64,000 bases of DNA, from positions 5,394,001-5,458,000 of the forward strand of contig OZ024747.1 in the NCBI GenBank assembly GCA_964016885.1, in the 5' to 3' direction. Origin of the DNA: Eledone cirrhosa (taxonomy: Eukaryota). Under the pieces are notes generated by a model, which made no database searches, had not been told where the DNA came from, and saw nothing but the letters and a program-made list of their open reading frames with translations. Position 1 is the first letter of the stretch, and the number at the start of each line of letters is the position of its first letter. A program made the translations under genes and the position numbers. Below are positions 41,100 through 56,774 of this stretch, piece after piece.

Positions 41100-41225
41100 A
41101 GTTATACTTTGGGAGGGCCATGCTGCCAATAAAAACACACGCACCTGTTGGTTTTCAGTTCAATTTATTATAGGTTTCCTCCGGTTGGTTGATTCAATAA
41201 CTGGATAAAAAGCGGATAAAAATGA
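41100..41225. mobile_element. Family A-like terminal fragment
   Basis: GTTATACTTTGGGAGGGCCATGCTGCCAATAAAAACACACGCACC, between (TA)n. Confidence 0.7.
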
Positions 41226-41226
41226 A

Positions 41227-41271
<45 letters not shown>

Positions 41272-41300
41272 GTCTATTGCATTCACTTATTATATTTCGA

Positions 41301-41358
41301 ATACCTGATGATATCACCGGATTCATACGGAACCCGGTTATTGAAATGATCATAGTAT
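41301..41358 (+). ncRNA. Minimal type I hammerhead with palindromic stem III
   Basis: atac-CTGATGA-tatc accgg...ccggt tatt-GAAA-TGATCA-TA-gtat. Confidence 0.75.
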
Positions 41359-41575
41359 AATAAACCTTTCAAGGATTTACACAAATCCAGCCTCCTGTCA
41401 TTTCATTATATCATTTAATTCCGTAATAGCACCACCAACTAGAAAAACAAAGACGGTTGAACTGCTTTACGTTGAGTACTCTCTATATTATTACATTAAG
41501 ATTGACCATACGGAATTGACCAGCTCTATCCAGTGGTGAGCCTCAAACCTAAATATATATATATATGTATATGTA

Positions 41576-41617
<42 letters not shown>

Positions 41618-42900
41618 TGTGTGGGTGGGTGTGTGTGTGTGTAATATGTAGTAATAAACACACTAAACCTGAAGCAAACGGAAAATTCAGGGTAAAGAGT
41701 AAAATGTACAGATCGTTTCAATAACTATATATTAGATACTGAAATAGAGCTTCCACCGTATTTTTGACTAAGTAAATTAGCCTAATAGTTGTAGTTATAA
41801 AAAAACCCAGTTTGGGAAAAGTAAGAGCATTGACGTACCTGGGGCACGAACCCACATCTTATGCTATCATGACCACTATGTTAACGATTACACCAATACG
41901 TCACCCACAGATCTTGTCAGAAGCAACTGTCTCCAACTGATCCGGCTGTCTCTTACCGAGTTCCTTGACCTCTTAGAAATAACAGCCAAATCTACTATAA
42001 ATTGCACCTCCTCATGTTTAAGAAATTACACCTTAAATAACGTTGCCCTGGTTTTCCTGTTTATAGGGGAAAAACAGAAGGGTCACAGCTGGAATACCTT
42101 TGATAGTTGTTCAGCTCGACCAGGTTTGACTAGGGGCTAAACAACACCACGTTAATCCCTTGGAATATGTTTATCTTTTTATCCATATCTTATCTTAATC
42201 AGCCTCTTTACACGAGCTCCTTAATCCGAAATTAATATTATCACACATACACACACATACACACCGACAGACACACACACACACACACAAACACACATAC
42301 ACACTCATTCAGACACACACACAGAGACACACGCACTAACAGACACACTACAAAGCCACCCTCATACACATATCTATCGCCACATACAAAAACACACACG
42401 ATACAACAGCTGATCCATACACAATCTATTTCCACACACGCGCATACACACACATTCTATCCTTCTCCCCTCTCTCTCTCTCTCTCAACACACACAGACA
42501 TACACATTTACACACACACACACACATAAGCATAGAACCATTCTCCCTCACGCAACACCCAGACGCTTATATGATTAGGGGTCTCATAGTGAGTTGAAAA
42601 ACGTCAATTAACTGAGAGCTTAGAAGTAGATTTGACTGCTATTTCTAGCAGGCTGAGTGACCACGTCTTGAATACTTCGTTACTTCAGGCATCGTAGTTC
42701 TCCAGAAGATGACCATCATTATATACGTCATAGACACCACCTCAAAGATAACTACCTTGTTGTTGGTTCATCGACCCGTATTACTAGCCTCCCACAGGGT
42801 TTACAGTGGACACATCGGTTCACGAACAATTTTTCCGAACATAAATCGGTTCACAAACGGCGAAAAAATCACCAGCAGTAGCTGGATTAAGGTTAGGTCG

Positions 42901-43424
42901 GACTAGCACCCCCTCGACTTAGTCATGTAGCTGGGTTTAACCGTGAGTGTTACTAGCACCCCCTCGACTTAGTCATGTAGCTGGGTTTAACCGTGAGTGT
43001 TACTAGCACCCCCTCGACTTAGTCATGTAGCTGGGTTTAACCTTGAGTGTGACTAGCACCCCCTCGACTTAGTCATGTAGCTGGGTTTAACCTTGAGTGT
43101 GACTAGCACCCCCTCGACTTAGTCATGTAGCTGGGTTTAACCTTCAGTCGGACTACCACTCCCTCGACTTAGTCATGTAGCTGGGTTTAACCTTGAGTGT
43201 GACTAGCATCCCCTCGACTTAGAATCATGTAGCTGGGTTTAACCTTGAGTGAGACTAGCATCCCCTCGACTTAGAATCATGTAGCTGGGTTTAACCTTGA
43301 GTGAGACTAGCATCCCCTCAACTTAGTCATGTAGCTGGGTTTAACCTTGAGTGTGACTAGCATCCCCTCGACTTAGTCATATAGCTGGTCTAACCTTGAG
43401 TGAGACTAGCACCCCCTCGACTTA
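42901..43424. repeat. 50-bp minisatellite (GACTAGCACCCCCTCGACTTAGTCATGTAGCTGGGTTTAACCTTGAGTGT)n, about 10.5 copies
   Basis: Direct inspection; no unique spacers. Confidence 0.95.
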
Positions 43425-43881
43425 CAGTCGTACTTTCTGTCACTTAGCGCCAATGAAACTGATATAAGTTCTGGATTGATGGCTGGGGGGGGGGGGGACT
43501 TTAACTTAATTTTAACTCATTTATAGATAAAAATATAATAAACAAACATAATAATTACGGAGCCCAAGTAAATCTAGATATTTATTCCTTCAGATATATT
43601 TTTATATTAGCAATCACTAAAGCCTGCGATTAGATTTTACAGCATGAAGGTGATATTAATAACAAACTACTTTTAACGAGGGACAAATACTCATACATTA
43701 AGACAACTTCAAAATCAAAATTGGATTACCAGCCGATCATAAGATCGATGGATTTGTCAATAATGCAAAACTAAAAACGCAATCAACTATTAATCTCTTT
43801 ACGGTGTGGTTATACACGTCCATATCGAAACAAGTTTTAGGTTAACGTCAGCAAATATGTTCTTCATATATATATATATAA

Positions 43882-43964
<83 letters not shown>

Positions 43965-43971
<7 letters not shown>

Positions 43972-44100
43972 AGTAACACAACAGTTAGTTCACCACACCT
44001 TAGCGGATCTTCAGCTCGTACTCGAGCACGAGCTGAAGATCCGCTAAGGTGAAACAATTGTTCTCGGTATGGTTGACTAGCTGTTGTGTTACTACTTCTA
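43965..44100. mobile_element. Fold-back element (family D) between GA/TA microsatellites
   Basis: Inner arms 43996-44019 and 44028-44051 are perfect; outer arms AGAAGTAGTAACACAACAG / CTGTTGTGTTACTACTTCT. Confidence 0.75.
44029..44066 (+). ncRNA. Minimal type I hammerhead with palindromic stem III
   Basis: cgag-CTGAAGA-tcc gctaa ggt-GAAA-CAATTG-TT-ctcg; GUU triplet. Confidence 0.75.
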
Positions 44101-44170
44101 TCAAACTCGTCCCATGGACTGAGTGCTCTACCACTACGGATATTACCTTCCAGTGTTCTACTTCTCTCTT

Positions 44171-44208
<38 letters not shown>

Positions 44209-45947
44209 CATATGTGTGTGTGGGGGGGGGGGCATGTGTGTATGTATATACACACATTGAAGCCAGGAATCTGAGGTTAACATTTATAAATGAACATCTT
44301 AACCTGATATATAATATTCATTTCCAATAATGACTGAATATGAATAACATAGCTGCAAATATATTTGAAGTCATTGATCTTAGGGTAAACATGAATTCAC
44401 ACAAGAAAAGAATAATATAGCAGAGGCGGTGGAACTGGGTGTGTGTGTCAGGGGAGGGGGCATGATCGAATAATTATGTTTGTGCCCCAAACTACCAAAA
44501 CACACATCTATTTGTATATACGCTATAATTTATGTAGAGATAGATGGGAGATATAGATATAGAGGGGGAGAGTTTGGTGGTAATTGATATAGAGAGGGGC
44601 GTTGAGAGTGAGTTCTGTGTCATAGATAGAGCGAGGGGGAGAGTTTGATGTTAACTGTTATAGAGAGGGGGATTGGAAGAGAGTCCCGTGTAGTATTGTG
44701 TGTTTTTGGTAGTTTCTCCCCAACTACCAAAACACATCTATTTGGATATCCGCTACAATTTATGTACATTTTATGTTTATCACATATCGAAGTTTTTTTA
44801 ACCATTTTAGAATACAAAGAGCTAAACTAATCACTACAACTAAATTGAATAAATTGCTCCCACCCAATACCAATTCAGAAATGCTTCCACTGCTCCTTTG
44901 AAGCACTAAGACTAGACTAGTGCAACTTACGAACTCTTATAAGGAGCCGGCATTCTACGAAAGAAAACTTTATATTTGATATCAAACCTTCCAGGAGATT
45001 CAATGAAATACAGGATCAGTGTTTTATCTCTGGTCTCTGTAATGCTAATCTCTGAAGATAGAACGATAGTTATGTTTTAACTTTGGTCTTTGTAATACTA
45101 ACTTCTGAAGATAGCACGATGGTATATGTCACGTAAGTCTTCTACGCAATCCTATGACAGGTAAGCTAAGGTAAAGTTAGATTAAGTTTCTTGGCTAGAT
45201 ACACAAATATATTATGCCACGCATTGGTTAAGAACTCATGAATCATGAATTGGTATTTCACCTCTACCCCCTTAAACATACGCAGGTATTTCACCTCTAC
45301 CCCTTAAAAATTGGGTTAGCAAATGTGTATATAAATGTAATGTTAACACGCATTTTACACAAGAAGAAATTCAGTTTAATGCAATTAGGTAGAAAATACC
45401 AAAAAAAAGTCGTCGTTATGATGTTAACATATTTTATGAGAAGCCGAGAAAAAGAAAAAGAAAATCAATTTAAGGTAGTTGACAAGTTACAAGATACTTG
45501 ATGTCATGCTAACATGAATTATAAACAATGGAACCCTAATTTAGGTTAGTACAGGTGAAAAAATCATTAACCTGATGATACTAAGCGTTCACCTATAGGA
45601 CTCTTATTTTAGAATAGCACTTACTATCTGGGGCCTTTTCAATGAAGATCACACCTTATTATTATTTTTTATTATTTTTCTCTGAATGTTGGACAAAGTA
45701 TACAGGTACTTTACCTGGGGAGAAGATCCTGCGTAAGAAAATAATCTGAGATCAAACCTGTTGACCTTTGAAGTATTTCTTAATACACAGGGTCACCTCG
45801 CCAAATCAACCACGCCACGTCAGGATATATACACACGCAACGGTAACTTGAGGGTGATCAAATTGATAGCTAAATAAATAGCATACTATAGATATCAGGT
45901 GTCACCCTTCACAACACCCCGTATGTGTGTGTGTGTATACACACACA

Positions 45948-46004
<57 letters not shown>

Positions 46005-46009
46005 ATACA

Positions 46010-46048
<39 letters not shown>

Positions 46049-46165
46049 ATACACACACACATACACATACACACACACACAAACACACACACATACACAC
46101 ACACACAAACATACAGATACAAATATATATATATATAATATAGATATAAATATAGATACATAGAT

Positions 46166-46196
<31 letters not shown>

Positions 46197-47204
46197 TGCT
46201 AGTCAAGCTTTAAAAGTGCTCGGTCATATGAGGCAACTCCCATATATAGAGAGGCAGAAAAATAGACATATTGAATATGATATCCTCAAAGGTATAATAA
46301 ACGCGCAGACGTTTAATTTCTAGTGAAATATATTTAGATACAACTTATGGATAATAGTTAATTACAAACAGTTTTCCGACATAAGTTGTAACTCTTACAT
46401 AATCTGAAATATTTAAATCCTTCGGTATTACTTCTTTCTATTTATGGCTAGCATTCACTGCTAACATTAGGGACACATCAGGTATTCCTCGTGTTGTCAT
46501 ATCAATGACATTAGAATCGTTACAATATCAGACACATTGCCTTGTGGTTCACATTGCCTTGTGGTTCAGACACATTGCCCAGTTAGGTTCAAATAGCAAT
46601 GAACTCTTCTTTACCTTTTATAATTCCAAGCTTAATAACCTAATGTATTAGTTCAGGAACGGGGTCGAGTTAATCGACTTTTCTCCACAAATTAGCCTAT
46701 GTCTAAATTAGTCGCTCGAGTGACTAGATAGAAGAAATCTGGTTGAGTGACTGACCACAGAGAATCTCCTGCATTGCTTCTCACCAACCATGAACAGACT
46801 GCCCGGTTAACTCACTAATTACTCACCAACCATGAACAGACTGCCCGGTTAACTCACTAATTACCGACAATCTCCTTCGATTATCTACCGGCGAGGTAGA
46901 AGATTCTTTGTTGAATAGAAATGAAAAGAAGAAAAAGAATCGAAGGGGAAGGACAGACACCCGACCCCAGTCAGTGTGGTCCCTCAGCCACGCCCCGTGG
47001 ACAAAATGGCATTACCTCGGAGAATGACCAGAGCCACCCGCTACAACACCCCCCTCCACCCACCCCCTCACGGGACCCTCTCGTTAAGCAGGCCCTCGTC
47101 TGTCCTAAGAATTGTAGAGTAGAATAATTGAATGATCTTTCCATCTTTTACCCCTTACATACACAGATGCATTTTCACACACACACACGTGAATGTATAT
47201 GCAT

Positions 47205-47440
47205 ACATGCACACACACATACATGCACAAATACTTAAGATACATACACGCACACATGCACAAACACTTAAGATACATACACACACACACATGCACAAAC
47301 ACTTAAGATACATACACACACCCCCACACACACACACATGCACAAACACTTAAGATACATACACACACACATGCACAAACACTGAAGATACATACACACA
47401 CACCCATGCACACACATACATAAACACTTAAGATACACAA
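47205..47440. repeat. ~34-bp minisatellite (CACATGCACAAACACTTAAGATACATACACA)n
   Basis: About 6 imperfect units. Confidence 0.8.
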
Positions 47441-47744
47441 ACACATATCTTCCACTAATACGAGGGGTTGTATTGTAAACTTGTGTGGTGGCGTGTTGTC
47501 GTCCTGGTGGTCTTTGTCACATGACTGTCTTGTTTCTTGTTTCTTAAGATTATTTGCTTCGTGTGTGAGTGTTAGTGTATGTAGGCGTGAGTGTGTGTAG
47601 GCGTGAGTGTGTGTAGGCGTGAGTGTGTGTATGCGAGGGAATTCGTGAGTGCGTCGTTATATAGACTATATATATACACACATACACAGACGTATATATA
47701 TACAAACATACATACACACACACATATACATACATATATGCGCA

Positions 47745-47840
<96 letters not shown>

Positions 47841-48399
47841 GATGTATATAAATCAAGATGGATGATTCAGTTTGAAACAGGTTAGAACATTACTCAACAG
47901 AGTACTCGATACCTAGGGTAGTGGAGTATGGTTATATTATTTGAAACGGCAATAGCTCAGCCGTCGGTTACTACTACCACTACTACTACTACTACTACTA
48001 CCATTATCCTCACTAACAACACCAACATCATCATCAAAACCAACATCACTACTACTACAGTTATTATCTGCTCCACAATATTCACCATCATCATCATCAT
48101 CATCAACACCATCAATAAGATCACCACTAGCAATATCACAACCACTACCATCATCATATCCACCATCTCCACTACCATTAACAATATCCCTACAACACTA
48201 CCATTTTCTCCCTCACCACTCCCGATCTTATCGCCTACAGCGGTGATTGAGACAGTTGGTAAACAGTTATTTTATCTCGTTTCAATCTATTTTCCCTTTT
48301 TTCCCTGTGACCACCATTACGGCCTCCCTGCAGTTTCATCTCTCACATATCACTTTTCCTACGTCACACAACGTTGAGCTTTCTTTTCCTGGCAGTTTT

Positions 48400-48460
48400 G
48401 ACGGTAGCAATGATATTGGCCTTGACATTTGAAAAGCCTTTGACCTTGTCTCTCGTAAGA
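48400..48460 (+). mobile_element. Tiny LINE RT remnant
   Basis: IGLDI*KAFDLV resembles the LINE RT motif LD..KAFD.V. Confidence 0.4.
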
Positions 48461-49562
48461 ACCTCCGAACTTAGTTACCCACCTCTGATCGAATCAAAGA
48501 CAGAGCCTCTGTGTTTTCACTTGATACACTAGAAATAACAAACACATCTCTCTCAAATAACTTTTTTAACATTGGCAGAAACCAAGGAATTTGGGAGAAA
48601 GGAAAGTCGATTATATCTACCCCAGTATTTAACTGGTACTTTATTTTATCGACCTTGGAAGGATGAATAACAAAGTTGACCTCGGCGTGATGTGAACTCG
48701 GAATGTAAAATGTAACTAAATACCGCAAAAAATTTAGTCTTACTGACAATCAGGCGTCTTTCTAGGGATAACGGTGGGATTAGAAGGGTAGTAGATTGGC
48801 ATCTCCCTCAAATGACATCTTACTATCGGTTCAACTCAATGAGAGAGCTACCACGTAGTTGCTCGACATGCTAGAAATCGTAATTATGTCTTCTTTAAAC
48901 ACGGTTCAGTCTTTTTTTGTTTTTATGTTTTTCTTCGCCCACTTAATCCTGGGAGAGTAGGTCATGGTGGCAGAGTCGACAAACACACCTTCCAGCAGGT
49001 CCTATCAGAAGTAACCGTCTATAATTGATCCGCCTGGGTCTCCAAGCGAGTCCAGCCGAGCTCATCTACAATATCACACAATACATGTGAAAATCGTTTA
49101 GATAAAGTGATATCTGTGCTTGAAGCTTTTTTAAATGAAAAAAAGGCCTAAATATATATTATATATATATATATAGGCCTTTATATAGGCCACCATCCCA
49201 CTCCCACAGTAAAGAGGGACTGCCTCGACCTTTGCTTGACCGCACCTATTCCACGCGCACACGCGCTCTTCAGAATATCTCAGTTGCACACAAACGGCGG
49301 ACAACAGATAACTTTCCCCTCGGAAAACCCGCCAGTTAATGGATGCTAAATCCGAAATATAGGGACAATTAAATCTCACCCAAGGTAACTCTATCTCGTG
49401 TTATTATTTTTATTTTTACGCTCTTTCCTACGTTCCTCTACACACTATACGTCTCATTCTACATTTCCTCTTACATCTCTCTCTTCACCACCAGATTCTG
49501 TTACCCGGAGATTTACCCATCTGCATTGTTGAGGCTTCCAAAAGGGCCAAATTTTATATATA

Positions 49563-49750
49563 TAGTAATAATAATAAATGCGAAGACTAAAATCCAAAGA
49601 GGGCTCAATAAGGATAAATATATAAGAACCCTAGTGCAAATATTTATTAAAATAACAGATTAAAGTTTAAGCAAAGGATCGATGCTTTCAGAAGTTCCCG
49701 TTAAGGGTGAAAGCATCGATTCGTTGCTTAAAATTTAATCTGTTATTTTA
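49563..49750. mobile_element. Family B pLTR fold-back
   Basis: AAAATAACAGATTAAAGTTTAAGCAA...GCTTTCA paired with TGAAAGCATCGATT...TTTAATCTGTTATTTT. Confidence 0.8.
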
Positions 49751-49770
49751 ATATATATATATATATATAT

Positions 49771-49963
49771 AACGAAGGAAATGTGGTAAGGAACCAGGTG
49801 GACCATAACGCACCAAAGTACTCAATACTTGAGGTAGTAGAGTAAGTAATAGGAACCAGTAAGACCCCGACAGCTGAGCTCAAGCCGTTTCGACGGCTAA
49901 TTCTGGACTAGAATTAGCCGTCGAAACGGCTTGAGCTCAGCTGTCGGGGTCTTACTGGTTCCT
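49771..49963. mobile_element. Family C fold-back element
   Basis: Perfect arms of about 55 bp around the loop GGACT. Confidence 0.88.
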
Positions 49964-49998
49964 ATATATATATATATATATATGTATGTATATTTACA

Positions 49999-50128
49999 CT
50001 TCGTTTTTGAATTTGTTTAGCAAGATTTCTTATCTGGAAACGTGTGTTGAAACAGATAGTGTTATACTTTGAAGTGAAAACCAACAGGTCCGTGTGGTTT
50101 TATTGGCAGCATGACCCGCCCAAAGCAT

Positions 50129-50133
<5 letters not shown>
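49999..50133. mobile_element. Family A-like terminus with internal inversion
   Basis: TTCGTTTTTGAATTTGTTTAGCAAG...GTTATACTTT, then inverted GAAGTGAAAA...CCCAAAGCATAACAAT. Confidence 0.7.
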
Positions 50134-50173
<40 letters not shown>

Positions 50174-50357
50174 CTGACCGGATTGCTTTTTCGTTGCCTT
50201 GGTATTATATGGCTAGGCTCGCCTGCCGCAGTTTTCAATTTGTCAAGCTATCTAACGTATATATATATGTATTTATATATATATATATATGTATATGTAT
50301 ATATATATGTATATGTATTTATATATGTATTTATATATATATATATATATGTATATG

Positions 50358-50402
<45 letters not shown>

Positions 50403-50507
50403 TTATATATATATATATATATATGTATTTATATATATATATATATATATATGTATTTATATATATATATATATATATGTATTTATATATATATATATAT
50501 ATATATG

Positions 50508-50542
<35 letters not shown>

Positions 50543-50745
50543 TTATGTATTTATATATATATATATGTATTTATGTATTTATATATATATATATGTATTT
50601 ATGTATTTATATATGTATATATGTATTTATATATATATATGTATTTATATATATATATATATATGTATTTATATATATATATATATATATATGTATTTAT
50701 ATATATATATATATATGTATTTATATATATATATATATATATATG

Positions 50746-50792
<47 letters not shown>

Positions 50793-50881
50793 TTTTATAT
50801 ATATATATATATATATGTATTTATGTATTTATATATATATATATGTATTTATGTATTTATATATATATGTATATATGTATT

Positions 50882-50918
<37 letters not shown>

Positions 50919-50959
50919 ATATATATGTATTTATATATATATATATATATATAAATGTA

Positions 50960-51503
50960 TTTCGTTTCTGAATTTGTTTAGCAAGATTCTTTATCTGAAA
51001 TCGTGTGTTGAAACCGATATTGTTATACTTTGGGAGGGTCATGTTGCCAATAAGAAACACACGCACCAGTTGCTTTCACTTCAATTTATTATATATTTAT
51101 AAATTTATAAATTTACAAATTTACAAACCTATAAATTTCTGGTTGGTTGGTTCCACAACCAGATAGTTGTTTATATATAGTCATAGTCCTTTCGTCACAC
51201 ACTCTGTGACCTCTTCAGTGACTGGGGATTCCTTTCTTTGTTTCTGTGCCTTTCCTTTCTTCTTTCCTACGCCATTTTGTTTCTGTGTGTGTGTTGTGTG
51301 CTCAGTTTGCGCATGCGCCACATCCGGGTGTCTGTGTGTGTTTGTGTTCATTTATCTATTTGTGGAACCAACCAACCAACCAGAAATTTATAGGTTTGTA
51401 AATTTGTAAATTTATAAATTTATAAATATATAATAAATTGAAGTGAAAGCAACTGGTGCATGTGTTTCTTATTGGCAACATGACCCTTCCAAAGTATAAC
51501 AAT
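50960..51503. mobile_element. Family A element with ~140-bp inverted arms; hammerhead motif at 51179-51223 (-)
   Basis: Near-identical to 3476-3790; embedded in long TA-rich arrays. Confidence 0.9.
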
Positions 51504-52425
51504 ATATATATGTATTTATATATATATGTATTTATATATATATATATATGTATTTATATATATATATGTATTTATATATGTATATATATATGTATTTATA
51601 TATATATATGTATATATATATATAAAATGTATATAATGTATAATATATATATATATGTATTTATATATATATATGTATATATATATATAAAATGTATATA
51701 ATGTATAATATATATATATATGTATTTATATATATATATGTATATATATATATAAAATGTATATAATGTATAATATATATATGTATTTATATATATATAT
51801 GTATATATATATATAAAATGTATATAATGTATAATATATATATATATATATATGTCTGTGTGTGTGTATAATATAGAAATCATATATACATAGAATACCG
51901 ACTTTGAATACACTCCTGTTGAATTTACAAAGATTTGACTTTCCTCATTGATTCATCATATCGGTTTCCATCTGATTTAGTTAAGGCAATGACAGCATAT
52001 ATAGCATACATAGGGGTGGAGTGGAGGACAACTACTGCCGCCGTGTAAATAGCACAGGGAGGGGGGGGGGGAGAACAACAACTACTGCCGTGTAAATAGC
52101 ACAGGGGGGTGGGGGGTTGAGATGGCGATGAAAAAGAAGAAAGCACAGCAACCACAACAACAATTTCTTTTAAGACATTCCTGAAATATCTCTTAAGCCT
52201 TTTTCCGTTCCGTTTTATTTGTGTCTCTCAATAGAAAAGGAAGCGGAGTGTGTTGTGATGTTATGTGGGGGAGGATGGTATATGGTGGTGGTGGTAGTGG
52301 TGGTAATGTTGAGGGTAGTGGTGTGGTGGTATTGGTGATGGTGGTGGTGGTGGTGATGGTGGTATTTGTGATGGCGGTGGTGGTGGGATATGAGTGGTGG
52401 CTGTAAGCTACCGTTTGTTACAGGG

Positions 52426-54870
<2,445 letters not shown>

Positions 54871-54945
54871 AGCTTATTTCTTCCTGTGTTATACCATATT
54901 ATATATATGTCCCCCACCCCACACTCTCAAGCGTGACACTAATAA

Positions 54946-55126
54946 TAATTGTTTCTATTTTAGGCACAAGGCCAGCAATTACCCAGTGCATTACTTGTAC
55001 TTTATTTGATCGACCCCGTAAGGATGAAAGGCAAAGTTAACCTCGGCGGGATTTGAACTCAGACCATAAAGGGCCGTAACTCTATGCTACAAAGCATGGC
55101 GTCAAACCCTCTACCGATACTGCCAA
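54946..55126 (-). mobile_element. SINE family 1
   Basis: Near full-length. Confidence 0.88.
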
Positions 55127-55832
55127 ATATTTTATTTTATTGACAGCCTGAGGTTGGAATACAAAGTTGACTTCGGTTGTATCAAAACTCGGAACGTAAA
55201 CACCCGGAACAAATATTCCAAAGTATTTTCACCGTTACTGTAGAGAAAGTATAGAATGGTAAAAATATTTTAAAAAATTGATTAAAATAATAAACAAGAA
55301 AAGGGGAATGTGGTGGGGCTGGACAGTACATCTCAGCTGCACACCGAGGACAAGATGATGAAAGTATTGTCATGGAGTACAGCCAGCGACAACCAGGGCA
55401 ACACGATACACCGGAGGCCTGGACATCAACCGGCACGAAATTGAATCAATCAGTGAAGTTCCGATATTTAAGGGAAATATGTTGGGAGTGATTTCAGAAA
55501 AGGTTTGTATAAGGTGCGTTTACTGTGTAAGGTGTGTTGTCAGAGAGAAGGACTGAAAGTACGAAGGGGGAACAATGGTGGGATGGCTGAGGAAAAATAC
55601 ATGAAACGTCGGCGGTAAATGTGGGTGAGGTAAGAAGTGAATAGGAGAAAGATAGTGTGGGGTGGGGAAGAGAATAGAAGTGTGGCTGGGAGAGTGGGAG
55701 GTGGTGTGTCGTCAGAGTAAGGGAAAAGAAGCAACGAAGCAAGCAATGAGGTAATAACATTTCGGGAAGGATAAAGAATTAAAGCTGTAGCTGATTCTAC
55801 ATGAGATACATACATAAGTAGGATCTTCTGAA

Positions 55833-55885
<53 letters not shown>

Positions 55886-56093
55886 GGGGGGGGGGTATGT
55901 GATAAATTATCTGTGAAGGTGAAAAAGAAAAGGATGATAGTGCTGAATCTGGTATAAGAGTTATATTTTTGTTTATTTGTGTTCATATACGGAACGAAAA
56001 GTGCTACCTAAGCTTTCAATGTCCACTTATGACCATCTCCCCAGATTGTGCATGTTGGTGCAGAGTGGAGGAGCGATCGAATTTGTAACTTAG

Positions 56094-56121
<28 letters not shown>

Positions 56122-56125
<4 letters not shown>

Positions 56126-56282
56126 CAGATTAAAGTTTAAGCAAAGAATCGCTGCTTTCGCCCTTAACGGAATCTTCTGAAACTCAGAAGACCCCGTTAA
56201 GGGTGAAAGCAGCGATTCTTTGCTTAAACTTTAATCTGTTATTTTACTAAATATTTGCTCTATGGTTTTTATATATTTGATA
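56122..56282. mobile_element. Family B pLTR fold-back
   Basis: Arms of about 55 bp around the loop AAACT, adjacent to (TA)n. Confidence 0.82.
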
Positions 56283-56444
56283 GACCCCAACTTATTCAGC
56301 CTGTCATAAGACACTGAGAACTACATTAAGGGTACGCGTGCCTGTGGAATGCTCAGCCACTTGCATGTTAATTTCATGAGCAGGTTGTTTCGTTGATAGG
56401 ATCAACTGGAACACCGTGAAAAGAAGGAAGTGTAAACAAACTTT

Positions 56445-56597
56445 CCATGCTTTCTAGTATAGTTACGTCCTTTTGCGGTCTGAGTTCAAATCCCGTCGAG
56501 GTTAACTTTGCCTTTCATCCTTACGGGGTCGATAAAATAAAGTACCAGTAATGTACTGAGTAATTGGTGGCCTTGTGCCAAAAGTAGAAACAAGTAT
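56445..56597 (+). mobile_element. SINE family 1, 5'-truncated
   Basis: B box and central domain. Confidence 0.85.
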
Positions 56598-56774
56598 TAC
56601 TTCTCTGCACAGAAGACATAAGATATTGACTTAACCTGTTTCAGAGACTATTGTGTCTTCATCAGAGGATAAATTATTTCTGTTTACCTTTTACATACAT
56701 GAAAATAGAAGGAATGATGCATGTGTGTTGGAAAAGGTAGGCAAGAGCCCCTGAAATGGTATGTGAGTGAGTAT

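Noticed and set aside
25186-43424. CRISPR-like arrays (33-bp and 50-bp periodicity)
   Set aside because: No unique spacers, no cas genes, and a eukaryotic context.
56628-56670. Minus-strand CTGATGA-agac..gtct-ct-GAAA hammerhead-like motif
   Set aside because: Core present but no stem I pairing; at best a truncated relic.
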